Notes: generated by a model not told the origin, from the sequence alone. A DNA stretch of 64,000 bases from the human T2T-CHM13v2.0 reference genome, Homo sapiens (GCF_009914755.1 NC_060947.1); one strand, 5' to 3'; shown: positions 1 through 13,704, counted from the stretch's first letter. Numbers and translations are program-made.

Positions 1-142
1 ACACAGCTCTGCTGACCCTTGATTTTTAGCCCAGTTGGGTAATCTTGGACTTCTGACCTCCAGAACCGTAATGATACATTTTCACTGTTTTAAGCCACTA
101 AGTTTGTAGTAATCTATTACAGCAGCAATAGGGAACTAACAC
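1..142 (+). mobile_element. MLT1-type MaLR LTR, 3' end fragment
   Basis: Typical MLT1 3' motifs 'gacttctgacctccagaac...ttttaagccactaagtttgtagtaatctattacagcagcaatagggaactaacaca'. Confidence 0.75.
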
Positions 143-322
143 ATTGAGGTTTTGTGAGGTCAGGCAATTTTTCAAGACCTTCTAGCACATAAGTAGCAGA
201 ATTAAAACCCCGCTTCACCTGCCTGTTGAACTAGACTCAGTCAACAAGAGGAATTTGCAGAAGTTATAGCAGGGATGACACAAGAATCAGGTTGGTTGAG
301 AACCTAAACCTGAGACCTAAAG

Positions 323-725
323 CAGAGGTGACAAACTTGAATGCCTACCATGTGTTAGGGAGATAATGTAAATGTGAAGTAGGCTTAATTAATGAACAGC
401 CTAAATTAGGTGGAAAATAGCAATTCATACTCCTCCTATATGACGAGGAGCAACAGGAAGTGGTGGGGACCATGGTGAACTGGAGAACATTCAAAGCAGA
501 GGGCACTCATAAGTCAGTTCACTCACAAATCAGTTCCAGCTACATGTTGTCATGTGGCAAGGTGGGCCCAGCATTGCCAACTCTTTGGTTTCTCAAGAGA
601 AGACAGAAATCCAGATTGTCATGCAAAGCCCAGATGTTTAAAGATGGAAAACAAATTGAAACTTTGTTAAAATGCTGCATACTCTAAACAAAACGCATCT
701 GTGCACTGACAATTTGCAACCTCTG
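323..725. mobile_element. hAT-Charlie non-autonomous DNA transposon (MER102-like)
   Basis: Terminal inverted repeats 'cagaggtgacaaa' ... 'tttgcaacctctg'; internal 'ttctcaagagaagacagaaatccagatt' recalled from MER102. Confidence 0.55.
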
Positions 726-1562
726 AACCAAAAAGCTTCATAGATCTGAACATCAATCAATATCAATAATATGGACACGTCCTTATCTGTGATTGCCGGC
801 TATGAGAATCTAGAGGGGACAGAACACTCTTGAGCAATTTTAACCTGACAAGCCATATACATTTAAGATTAGTTTGTATGTATCTATGTTGATATACATA
901 TAAGTATATATAGAGAGTACTTTTTCTCTATATACCAATATTTGCAACAACTAAAATTCTCAAGATAATCCATTTTAAAGCTAGTATTTAAATGAACAAT
1001 CAAACAGCATAGGGTATCAGATGCACATATCAAAGCAAATATAGTTCAAGACCAGTGAACTTTCCCATTTTGGTTTGGGAATATTATATTTCTAAATTCT
1101 TGGGTATGCTGCTTTAAGGACCTCTAATCTGTATGGTTATATAAACATGAAAAAGCACAATTTCTTTTTCCCCAAAATAAAAGCTGAGATTTTGAAAGTA
1201 TAATTCATTTTTGAGAACTTGTCAAAAAAGCAAAGGGATTTGGGCAAAGGTTAGTCTTGTTTTATTTCAATGTGTTTTTGCTTTTTTAAAAAAATAGTTT
1301 GCACGAGAGAGGAAACAGCATTGGTTTTAGGTTCTCGCAGACATTTTTCTGGAGTTCCAGCATGTGACTGCTTAAAGACATCTCAGTAAAAGCGAACCAG
1401 CTGCCTATCACATAGGACTCGGAGCCATGTGTCCAATCACTGTACGTGGTCCCACCCCAGCCCTCAGCAGCAGCTCTTACAGTCTCTTCAAGGTAACGAG
1501 CACAAAATAAGCTCCCTCTCATCTTTCCCTCCCAGAGAACAGATTTACTCCCTTTTACTCAC

Positions 1563-1649
1563 ACGTACTTCCAGATTGCCTAGTTCTATGATCTTACAGC
1601 AGTAACAACAACAATAACAACAAGAGCAGGCGTAAACCAAATACATCAT
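1563..1649 (-). CDS. MCF2: Candidate alternative first coding exon of MCF2 encoding a cysteine-string N-terminus (MMYLVYACSCCYCCCYCCKIIELGNLEVR)
   Basis: GAA-ATG-ATG start at 1649 with in-frame upstream TAA (1671-1673); 29 open codons; ends CGT|gtgagt (donor 1557-1562) in phase 0, matching the MCF2 exons ending at 4447 and 7547. Expression cannot be shown from sequence. Confidence 0.6.
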
Positions 1650-2429
1650 TTCACTACCGAAGTCTAGAAATTAACCTTGTTTAATACTCTTGTGTGTGCT
1701 CTCTAAGGGAGGCAATTCATCACCCTATGCACACTTTTCAGTTATTCTAGTTATTATTTCTAGAATGTTTAAAGTAACTTATAAAACATAAAAGTTTGGT
1801 TACTTACTATAAAAATAATTTATTTTCCTATAGCTTTTCCTATTTAATCTTTAGGGTAAAGAAAGGCAGTAACAATAAGAGAGACCCTTGACTAAAAGCC
1901 ATTATGTATGTGTCAGACTTCTTATATATATATCTTATTTAGCCTTCAAAACATTGCAGTAAACTGGATATTATTCCCTTTTTACAGAGGAGCAAACTGA
2001 AGCACAGTTGGTAAGCAGCAGTAGTACGGCCTATCTGGATCCTAAGGGCAAACTCTTTCTAGACACTTAACACCTCATAGACTGAATGCACACTCGGATT
2101 TACTGTTTGCCATTCAGGGATGATTTGACCTTGATGTTTCCAAAATGGGACAAATAACATTTGAAACAAGTTGCTGGAAACAATTTAGCATATACAGTCC
2201 ACCAAAAGGAAAGTATCATAATTTACTGTCAGACAAATGTTGAGATGCTGACAGGCACTTGACTTTCATAAGGTCTGAACCATCTCTGCAGAATATGTTG
2301 GGAAAAAAATCTCATGACCTCAAGCTATAGAGAATAGTTTGCAACAGTATGAGCCACTTCCACACTCTTCCCCCCATATCCCCACCTTAAAAAGTACAGA
2401 CAGTATGAGTTGTCAAGCAACTTGTCAAG

Positions 2430-2437
2430 TGACGTCA
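2430..2437. promoter_or_regulatory. Full palindromic CRE (TGACGTCA)
   Basis: Exact CREB/ATF site with intact CpG, about 780 bp upstream (minus-strand sense) of the Cys-string exon ATG. Confidence 0.35.
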
Positions 2438-3146
2438 GGAGGATAGCCCAAAGCAATACTCCTTCCTTGTGGTTTGCCCTTTTCGTCACATATATATCTA
2501 TTCTCCTCCCCTCTCTCTCACTCAGCTACAGTCATTGAAATTTCTACCAAGTAACTAGTTCAAACATTTTTTTGGACTTCAAGTGGCATTGGACCATCCT
2601 TTTAGATGTTACCTGTCCACAGCCTCCAGAATCAGCCCAATTCCAGAGACCCTTCAAGGTGAAACCAATTTTTTACTAGCTAAGGTTCAAATTCTTTACT
2701 CTGGTCAAGTCCTATCCATATAAGGAAAGCATATGTGTCTTCTACTATAGTTCTAGGCTTCAGAATTAATCCAATTAATCCCACTCATATCTGTTCCTAC
2801 ATATCACTTAATTCATTTATGAGAAAAAAAAACACAGGAAAGAATCAAGGAAAGGCAACAGCAACATATACTCTTACTTAACACCCAAACATATGCCATC
2901 TCCTGTATAAGGCCTTCTCCACCAGCCAGAATTTCTTTTCAAAATAGTCATTTACGAACATGTCTTACCCTTTCTATTAGATTGAGAGTTCCTTCAGCCC
3001 AGTAGCCATTCCATATTTACCTTTGTAACTTATGTTGTATATATCACAGTGCTAGATATGTCTATTCAGTGAGTACCCCTGTGCTGTATTTATTGTGTGT
3101 ATATTAATGCATGTGTATAGACATAAAACTAAGTTCAGCACTGAGA

Positions 3147-3190
3147 ATATATATATATATAAATATATATATAAATATATGTATATATAT
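3147..3190. repeat. (TA)n microsatellite, interrupted
   Basis: aatatatatatatataaatatatatataaatatatgtatatatat. Confidence 0.9.
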
Positions 3191-4446
3191 AATTAGGAAC
3201 TTTCTGAAAGCTTAAGTTAACCTTTGATAACAAAAGTGCTAATATCAGTTGCCTACAATACTGCAAAGTACATACACAAACATTTCTTGTGCACCATAAA
3301 TCGTCTGTTAAAAGTCTGAATCTATATTCTCATAATATAAAAACATGTATAGAGCCAAAGATATAATTTTGTCAAAATAAAGCCAACTATAGTTTTTAAA
3401 ATAGCAGTCTGTGCTAAGAGCTTTATTAGAAAATAAATCATTTACACACCTATTGATGTTCACTGTCATTCAACAATAATAAAAGTCTTACTTTCCTTAT
3501 CATAATTTTAATTCAAACTGTCATTTTTTTCCTATGGTCAATTTTTACCTTCTTATCTGTGTGTGTGTGTTATCTCGATATTTTTAGTGAGCAAGTTTAT
3601 ATTTTAAACCATAACATCAATAACATTATATTAATCTTTGAAAGAAAAAGAGTGGCATTTAAAGCCTTTTTGATGATTAGTTTTTTATTAAATTAGCTAG
3701 TGTTATTTCAACATTTCTCCAAAATACATCTAAAGATCACATTAGAAATTTGCTGGGAATTTACTATATGAATAAATGAATGAAGGGAAAATTTAGGCAA
3801 AAGACTGCATGAAATGTACCTGAGAGGAGAGACTTCCAAATTCTAGTCTATATTGAAAAGTGAGTTACTGTCTTTTTCCCTAAAAGAAAAAAGTTGTCAG
3901 CAGGTGACAATTTTGTACCTACGAAGTTTCAGTTTGGAGAAGAATTGAAACCATAAGGATTTCAAATCATTACAGATTTTAAATTTATTCACTTATACGG
4001 TAACACCCAGGAAAGGCTGCATTTTTAAGTGATGATGGAATCCCCTCCAGACCTATCCATGGCAATATACTCTACTTGATCATGGTGAAAGAAAGGATGA
4101 ATCCTTTTGTTAGATATTGTTTTAAGTCATTATTTAAAGCTATGCTGTCCAATGATTCAAAATTGTTCATACAGTCTTAAACGAATAACATGACTAAGGT
4201 GCTCATTCATAAACCTGATGACATTTAGATTTTGAAATTATATTCTACCCCCTCAATTGCCTGAAAATTACCCTATGTCAATATCACAGTAATCACATCA
4301 ATGCAATCCATGCAAATATAAGTCTCCATTCTCTCCATCTGTCCTTAAAAACCCTACTCAGCAGTTTGTGCTATAGCACCATGCTGCAGCATCCCAGCAC
4401 TTGAACTTGGGAACAGGCTTTCCAGGAGTGCAGACAGAGCCCTTAC

Positions 4447-4497
4447 CGCATTCCTTCTGAACCTCATCTTGCCTCTCCGGGGATTTGCTTCTGCCAT
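4447..4497 (-). CDS. MCF2: MCF2 proto-Dbl first coding exon (MAEANPRRGKMRFRRNA)
   Basis: GAA-ATG-G Kozak context at 4497, 17 codons matching the known proto-Dbl N-terminus, donor GCG|gtaagg (phase 0). The 5' UTR extends to at least about 4650. Confidence 0.95.
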
Positions 4498-4534
4498 TTC
4501 GCCTGTACGCAATTACACTTTTCTTTTCCAATTG

Positions 4535-4633
4535 TCAACGCAACATTGATGAAATACGAGCTGCTTCTTGGGTAGTATTTAAAAACGGCAGCCAAAAATC
4601 TCTATCAAACAAAGCTGCCGTGGCTGCTTCCAT
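4535..4633 (-). other. Upstream ORF (32 aa, MEAATAALFDRDFWLPFLNTTQEAARISSMLR) in the proto-Dbl 5' leader
   Basis: ctaATGG at 4633, TGA at 4535-4537; out of frame with the main ATG and ending 37 nt before it. Confidence 0.5.
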
Positions 4634-7546
4634 TAGCACAGTGGCAGCAATGCTGGGGAGGAAAAAAAAAAAAAAACCACTATCCCTGATTAGTCAGCTG
4701 ACAGATCCTTCCCTTCTGCTCCTTGTAATTCAGAGTTAACACATTCCTCCAATTACTTAGCCTGATTGAACCTTGTGGATTAGCTTGTGCTGGACTGCTC
4801 AAGAAGATCAGGCATGTCCTAAGAGTGGAAGGAGGAGGAAAAAAAAACCAGCTCTCTTCCTAGGAGCAGGCTTGATGGGACTGGCTTTCTCCTCTGCGCA
4901 GTTTGATTTTTAAGGTGGAATGCTAAGAATCTTTGTGAAGGTAGTATTAACTCATGCTTTTTACTCTCGTCCTACCCTGGTATGTGACTTAAATTTCAAT
5001 TCTGTTTTGTTTTCTCTGTTATTGTATTCTGGGTTTAAGCCTTGTGAAAGGCTATAGTTTGCAAAATTTTGTCCTGGTAATAATCTAGAAAGAATAGAAC
5101 ATGCAAACTTTCTAAGACGGATACAATTCTCTCCCAAATTAACCTTTCCCCAAAATGTATAACTAAAATAAAGTCTCCTCTCATTAATTATGAAATACAA
5201 CCTAAATGCTTTTATTTGTTTTGAAATCTACAAATAAAGGTATTCAAATTGAATTGTATGATTATTTCACAGACACTTGTTTGAAATAATACACCACAGG
5301 CAATTATACCTAGCTACACAATGGTAGATTTCACTAGAAATCCTTTCTGAATGCCAACTTTTGCACTTGAAATTAGCTTGCATTCAATATTTACCTTTAT
5401 TTCAAACAGTAACCAACAGTTACTAATGGTTGAGATGTAATTAATGTGCTCTTGAGTATGAGTATAGAAACTATACCACAAGCAAAAACATTTAACATGT
5501 TAAAAAAGAAACACCTAAAACAACCTATAGCCAGTTACATGTGGTCAGAATCTGTACCCCTCCCTTGCCCAGCACGATCAATTTGGCAGTTATGAAAATA
5601 AAGGGACCCTGGGATCCAAGTTCTTTACTGAGCATAGGTCAAAATTCTCCACTGAGAAAGCAGCCCTGGGAATACAGAAAGAGGAGTATCACTCCCCGGT
5701 AGACAAGTAATTACCCTCTGTTGACTTCAAAATGACAGGATCATGACCTAATCTTATATTTCTCTTTTATGAAAAATAGAACCTCTGTTACAAGCCACCT
5801 ATTTTGAATAATAAAAATAAAACTCTACCAAAAAAACTAACGTCAGGTGCCAAACCAGTCACAAAATGAAAATTAATTTAATCAGGCGGGTGCAGTGTTG
5901 GCCAAAAGAAAAAAACCTGGGTGATAAAAAATGTTCTAATGTAACAAGTGCTTTATTTAGTATAAGAGAAGCAATTATTAGCATAAACCAAGGTCTACTC
6001 AGCAAGCCCAAGGACCAATCCTAAAAGACCAGAGCAAGGGAAATAGCTTTTACTTTATTTAGCCCCACTGATAAGGCTCAATTGTATATGGAGGACAGAT
6101 CTAATCTCTCAAAAGAAATTTTACCTTTATCTAAATAACATTGAATGTATTTGTCTATTTGTAAGCCAATTGGAAAATGATAGAAACCATCACCAACTGG
6201 AATTCTTGACATTTCAATTCTTGCTCTGGCTTTTTTGGTTACTTGGCTATTTGAGCTTGGATTCATCACATAGCCATTCCAAAGTATAAATATCAATGTG
6301 ATTTCATCATCTATAAGACAATTATAGTGATACCTACTTGCAGTACTTAATCAGGAAATGAAGAGAATCAACAATACTTAATAAATGTGAATGCTTTTGA
6401 AAAAGCACTAATATGCTATAGAAAGTCAAATTTTCTTCTATTTTATTTTAGTAATTTGAGTATATCTAATGTTAACTCTTCTCTCCACTGCTAATGATTA
6501 AACACCTCTGTTAAATAAACAGGAAACCACTTTTTGCTTATTTGTCCAAAGTGAGGAATAATTCATTCTGAGTATTAAAAGAATAATGATCTTACCCATT
6601 TTACCTTGCAAGTGCTAGAACATTGGCTTGGAAGTCCAACAACCTAGATTTTTGTTTTGCCTTTGCAACTAAATCAAGTTCTTGTGGTGGGCGTGACCTC
6701 CTCAATCAGTCAGGAGACAAAGTAAGAATTTCAGATGGCTGGCAATGTTGGAATCTCAAAGAAAAAAAATATATTGATTCCCAGCTATTCTAGTCTGATA
6801 GAGGAAGTTGGCCACATGGCACTTCCACAGAGAGCCCATATCTTGCCAGCTCAGAAGGAGTCTGGGGGTCCCTCATCTCCCTCCTCGTCTATGAAAGTGA
6901 AGTGTCAAACAATTTTGTGATACCCTTGTGAGCCTAAAAGTGTAAAAGATTATCTTGGTCATGGGCAGAATTGTACCTCTCGTTATTTTAATTAGAGAAA
7001 ATGTTTCTCTCTCTGGGTCTTGGGAACCTGGGGACTAGATACCAGTAGGGAAGTTATATATCATTTTATATGTGACTCATCTCCCTACCCTATCCTAGGG
7101 TAAAACAAATCTAGAAAGTTGTACACTGAAATGTTAAAAACTGCTTATTTTGGGGTGGTTGGATTACTATTGTTTTAAACTTTCTTCTTTATACTTTTTC
7201 ACATACGAGTATGCAACACAGCTATTTCCACCAAAATAAATAAATAAATAAATAATTTTAAAAAGCTTCCATAAAAACTTGCCTTGTTCTGAAAGGCACA
7301 TAGAACCATGAATCTCTTCTCACTCATAACTGGAGCCACAAACTACTCACTCATTCTTACTAGGTTTTATTTTGGGTAGAGTTATTTATCTCAGTCTCTG
7401 CTACAACCTCTCCTTCTACTTTCCCTCCTCACATTCCATCAATTTTTATTGTCTCCGTCAGTACCAAAGTAATCTATACCTCCCAAAACAGAAAGTATAA
7501 TATAAAACAAAAATAAAAAGTTACTGTATAATGCATAGATACTTAC

Positions 7547-7637
7547 CGAGATTTTTTGGAGAGAGATTTTGAGAGAAGACCATGTATCCAATCTTCGATC
7601 CAGAATAATGGTAAACCGGGAGTCTGATCCATTTTGC
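7547..7637 (-). CDS. MCF2: MCF2 internal coding exon, Sec14 domain ((R)QNGSDSRFTIILDRRLDTWSSLKISLQKIS)
   Basis: Acceptor ttcag|G at 7638-7639, donor TCG|gtaagt at 7545-7546; 91 nt, phase 2 to 0; continues the frame of exon 8768-8882. Confidence 0.95.
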
Positions 7638-8767
7638 CTGAACGATAAGAAGAAATAAGAACTTTTTCTTAATAATAATGCAAATTTGTTATATATGCCT
7701 TCATTCTATTTCTGATTATTTCATCTACATTTGATGTCTTGACTGAAGACAGATTTGGAATTGGAAAGCTATCACAAAGTCCTATCTTAGAAAACTAATC
7801 TGAATACATATTCCCTTACTCACTATTTAAAATTTCTTTTGCAGCATTAATGTCAATCTTTTAAATAGGAAAGTGATAGTGTAATGAAGATAGGTCACTA
7901 AAATTGATTTAGAATACTGTAATCTTGGGTGTGGGAAAACTCAAAAGATAAGTGTCCTTCATGATATCAGATTTAACTTTCCATGCAATCCATCATGAGT
8001 CAATGATCCATTCACTCATTCAAAATCACACTGCTAAATCTATTTTTCTAACTCTAGTCTGCTCCTGAGGAAATGCAGTTTAATGGAAAATATAACTTCT
8101 ATTTGCCCTAAAAATATCACTTTCAAGCTTCAATAGGTACATTGTAAGTTTCATTTTCTGAGATTTGATTTTTGTTCATGAGACTTTGAATTTTATCATC
8201 CTAGATTTGTGTCCTCTTGTTCTTCAGGGTTAGTAACTAGAAAATTCTTCCTTTGAAAATTTTGTCTTTAACACACATAAAATCTCTAACAAACCTTTTT
8301 AAACTTTCCATTTTAAAGCATTCTAGTTCCAAATAATTTTTAATTTCAAGACATTCCTCCTAGTATCTCCCAGTACCACTATTGAATCTACTTAAGATTC
8401 AGTCTTCTTGTGTTATATTCAGAAGAAATGAAAAATGGCTGTACTCACTCTTGGCTGGTAATATTTCCTTTTAAGCAAATTAAAGCATATATGTATGACC
8501 ATCGTTCTCAACCTATGTTCTTTTTGATGGGAACAAATACTCCTAGATCCCCAATTTTATTTTCATAGATTCTCAGGATAATTTTTGTAACAATTTAGGT
8601 AGCTGCCAGCTTCTCCTTCTAAGTTGTACTTCTTATCTACTCTGAAGTTAAGTCAGTTGGTTATTCACCATGATAATAATAGCTATATTAAGCCATTTTC
8701 ATGTTATGACATTCAGATGGATATCTGATATAAAGCGAATTGAAAAAAATGTAATGAAATACTATAC

Positions 8768-8882
8768 CTTGCAATAGATGTCAGGTAAGTAAGTACTTTT
8801 GCTATTACTTCCTCTGGTATACATCTAAAATTACAGTTTTCTGGAAACGTAATGATCCAAGCATTGTCCTTTCCCCGGCCAC
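8768..8882 (-). CDS. MCF2: MCF2 internal coding exon, Sec14 domain ((G)GRGKDNAWIITFPENCNFRCIPEEVIAKVLTYLTSIA(R))
   Basis: Acceptor ttgtag|GT at 8883-8884, donor AG|gtatag at 8766-8767; 115 nt, phase 1 to 2; lies within ORF-track 8713..9039; SGGRG motif typical of the Dbl/Dbs Sec14 domain. Confidence 0.95.
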
Positions 8883-9944
8883 CTACAACAATAGAAAAAT
8901 AATCAACTGAATTAAAAATGTATATAACAACGAAGCAAGAAGAGGATTTTAGATTTGAATACTGTTTTGCAGCAACACAACTTTTTTGCAAAGATGATGA
9001 TCTCCACATAAAACCAAAATGGCTCCAAGTTCCTGACACTTTAAGTTTAAAAGGTGGCAGAGTAGTTTCTCAATAAAAAAAGAAAAAGAAAGAGAGTAAA
9101 ATGAATGAATATAGTCAGAAGAAAATGTCATGAAATGCATATAATAAATACAGTGGAAAATAGCTGATTCCCCAATCTGGACAACCAAGGGGTTGGGAAA
9201 TAACTGTTTCTATACCAATGAGCCTAAATTTAAAATGAGTGAATGATGGCTTGACAGCAAGTGGAAAATTTGATATAATCGATCTCTTAGTGTCATGGTG
9301 AGCAGGAAAAGATATAGAGCACCCTATAGGAAATAGGTGATGGTCTAATGTGTTTATGGAAGAAACAACAAAAGGAATGATGGCAGGAATGACATAGGAA
9401 TTTTATTAATGCAAAGAAAGATCACAAATTATCTGTGGGTCAAAATTCAATGTTCAGCCTGGGTAGGGGTCCAGGCAGAGGTGTAGGGTTGTGGAAGCTC
9501 CCCGCAGACCCATGCAGCCATTAACCTGGAGCAGTTGCATCCAGCAGTATCTTGACCAAGTGGGTGACCTTGACTCCTGGAAAGCATGGATCCCAGTGCT
9601 CATAGGTGAGGCTGCCCTAAGCCCATTTCCATAGGAACCAGGAATAATGGTAACTGTCATAGGGGTTCTTGGTGAGGGAATGATTGCACCAGCTCTGGGC
9701 TTTCATTTTGGTTTCTACCCGTTTCTCCACCCAGCCCAATAGCCCTCTATGCAGCCTGAAGGATGAGAAATATTGAAAACGAAAGCCACTTAAGTGCAGA
9801 GATGAGCCTTACATGTGTTTAAGGTTCACATCTGCAGCCAGCCTAGCACCTACACAGAGAGCGAATGCTCAATAAATACTAAGTGCCAAATAGAATCTGA
9901 AGAATTATTTTAGGAGGAAAGTTGCAAGGTGGCCTTTGAAATTA

Positions 9945-11100
<1,156 letters not shown>

Positions 11101-12050
11101 AAAGATCAAATTAATTATTTGCCTCAATATTTACCAAGGGAAACTTGAGAGACAGTATTCATTCCCAAATTATTTTTTAATCAAACTAGTCCAAAGTATT
11201 AAATCAAAGGGTTATTAATCTTCACTGTATGATATTCCAGAATTAGAGTAGAGTGAAAATAATCACTGAGAATAATGGCATCCACTGAAGAGTTTTTAAA
11301 AAACTCAAAGGAGAAACTGTACAATTCTGAACCAAGAGATTTAGTGAATCTTTAAGCAAAGGGCCTCTATAGATACAGTATGGTATAGAACTAGTAATAT
11401 AAATGATATGTAATATATAATGTAATAAATATCTTAAATATAACTACATACTTGCCAAGCAAGCTGGTGAGCACTCTAGTTAAGGACAGAACCATCTAGC
11501 ACTTAGGCAAACTACACTTATCAAAGGAAAGGTGGCAAGGCTCCTATAAGAGTAAATTATCATTGACTAATCTATAAATGATTATTACCACTGAACACCT
11601 ACAAGTACTGTCCTACGAGTAAACTTGTGAGAAGAGATCAAAAGAGATATTTACATTCCAAATCAGGAAGTTTTAATTATTTTTTACCATTGGGAACCCT
11701 TTCTTCAAAGGAAGCTATAGGTAGAAGCATTTTTAAAACAAATACAAAAAGCAGTTAAGGAAGGAAAGGTGTAGAGAGGGGTCTGGATGGGTGCAGGAAG
11801 CCCTGAGGATGGTTCTATTTAGAACACGGTTTGGAAAACACAGATAATCTTAAGTAAAATCTCCAAAACTTAAAAGTGAACGTAACATACTGCTAAATTT
11901 ACCGACACTCACACATTTCTGCCACTTATAAAATAAAACATAAAGCCATATTAATTAAGTCATCATTAATTCACAGTTACCACTAATTAGAATCATTTTT
12001 AATTAAGCTTTATCATAGGTATAATTATAATCATTTAAAAGCAGAGGCCA

Positions 12051-12352
12051 GGCTGGGTGCGACGGCTCATGCCTGTAATCACAGCACTTTGAGAAGCCAG
12101 GATAGGAGGATCGCTTGAGGCCAGGAGTTCAAGACCAGCCTAGGCAACATAGCAAAACCCTTTTGCTACAAAAATATAAAAATTAGCTAGGCGTGGTGGC
12201 ACACTCCTATAGTTCCAGTGACTCAGGAGGCTGAGGTGGAAGGATCACTTGAACCAAGGAGTTTAAGGTTACATTGAGCTATGATCGTACCACTGTACTG
12301 GAGCCTGGACAAAAGAGCAAGAAGTTGTCTTTAAAAATAATAATAATGATAA
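12051..12352 (+). mobile_element. AluJ element with 15-bp TSD
   Basis: TSD taaaagcagaggcca at 12036-12050 and 12353-12367; J-type right arm. Confidence 0.9.
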
Positions 12353-12726
12353 TAAAAGCAGAGGCCAGATTGAAGTGTCTAATTAGGATCACTTATAAAG
12401 TAAAAGCTTGTTTAGTAAACTGAGCATGTGAGTGCCATTTTTCAGAGAATTAATTAAACTATTTAGAAGGAATAAGATAGTTTCTTGTACTCTCAATACC
12501 TAAGAAGCATTCGTCTTTATAAAAACAATGTATTAATATATACCAGTAAGTTTTCTTTATCTGTTTAATATGCTAAATGTAATATTTAATGATATAATTC
12601 AAATTACTCTAATACCTGAAAGTAATTTGCTTGTTTTTAAGCAAAACTTTCCCCAAAGTCTGACCAGAAGCTAAAGGGGCAGGATGGTTTACCATAGTTA
12701 CGTCTCTAAAAATGGGTAATGCTATT

Positions 12727-13205
12727 TAGCGGCATTATTCACAATAGCCAAACGGTAGAAGCAACCAAAGTATCTATCAATGGATGAACAGATAAACAAA
12801 GTGTGGAATATACATAAAATGGATTATTATTCAGCCTTAAAAAGGAAGTTCTGACACATGCTACAACATCGATGAAACTTGAAGACCTTATGCTAAGTGA
12901 AATAAGCCAGTCACAAAAAGACACATACCATATGATTCATTTACATCAGGTACCTAAGATAGTCAAATTCATAGAGAAAGAAAGTAAAATTGCGGTTGAC
13001 AGGGGCTAGAGAGAGGAAGGAATGAAACGGGGAGTAATTGTTTAATGGATATAGAGTTTCAATTTTGCAAGACCTGAAATTCCGGAGATGGTGGTGGCAA
13101 TGGTGGCACAAAAATGTAAACGTACTTAATGCCGCTGAACTGTACTCTTCAAAATGGTTAAAATGATAAGTTGTATGTTAAATTTATTTTACCATAATTA
13201 CTAAA
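12727..13205 (+). mobile_element. L1MB-type 3' end fragment
   Basis: 'gcattattcacaatagccaaa...atgctaagtgaaataagccagtcacaaaaagac...aatggttaaaatg'. Confidence 0.85.
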
Positions 13206-13704
13206 AATTATATACAAGTGTATATACATCTTTGAGAAAAATCAACTTTCTTTATAATGTGTAAATGAAATCCTAAAAAAAAATACTTAGTGCATGCTGA
13301 TTATTTAGTGCAACTTGCCACCATTTGTAATACACATTTGAGTAATCAAAGAAGCTACCTCAGCTGCTCCCCTCCCACCCAGCCTGCAACCACCTAGGAG
13401 ACATATTCTACTTTCAACTATCATAGATTTCTGAAGACTCGTCTGAAAGTCAAATGTATAAGAGTGGTAAGGTCGGTTTTACTCATATATCTAAAATGCT
13501 TAAAACCTCCAATTATTCTCTAAATGTCCATTTGTTTAGCAACTAGGTGCACAATGTACAAATGTTTATTGAAATAGTGCTTCTCAAATGAATATATATA
13601 ATAGCTCTATATATAGAGAGCGAGCTATTTATATAATAGGTACCAAACTAACTGCTAATCAAGTCATATATCTGTCTGGACTATATATAAGAAAGTTTGC
13701 TTAC

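Noticed and set aside
1286-1522. 78-aa minus-strand ORF (MRGSLFCARY...) next to the Cys-string exon
   Set aside because: Lies downstream of the 1562 donor (intronic), has no convincing donor of its own and no recognisable homology.
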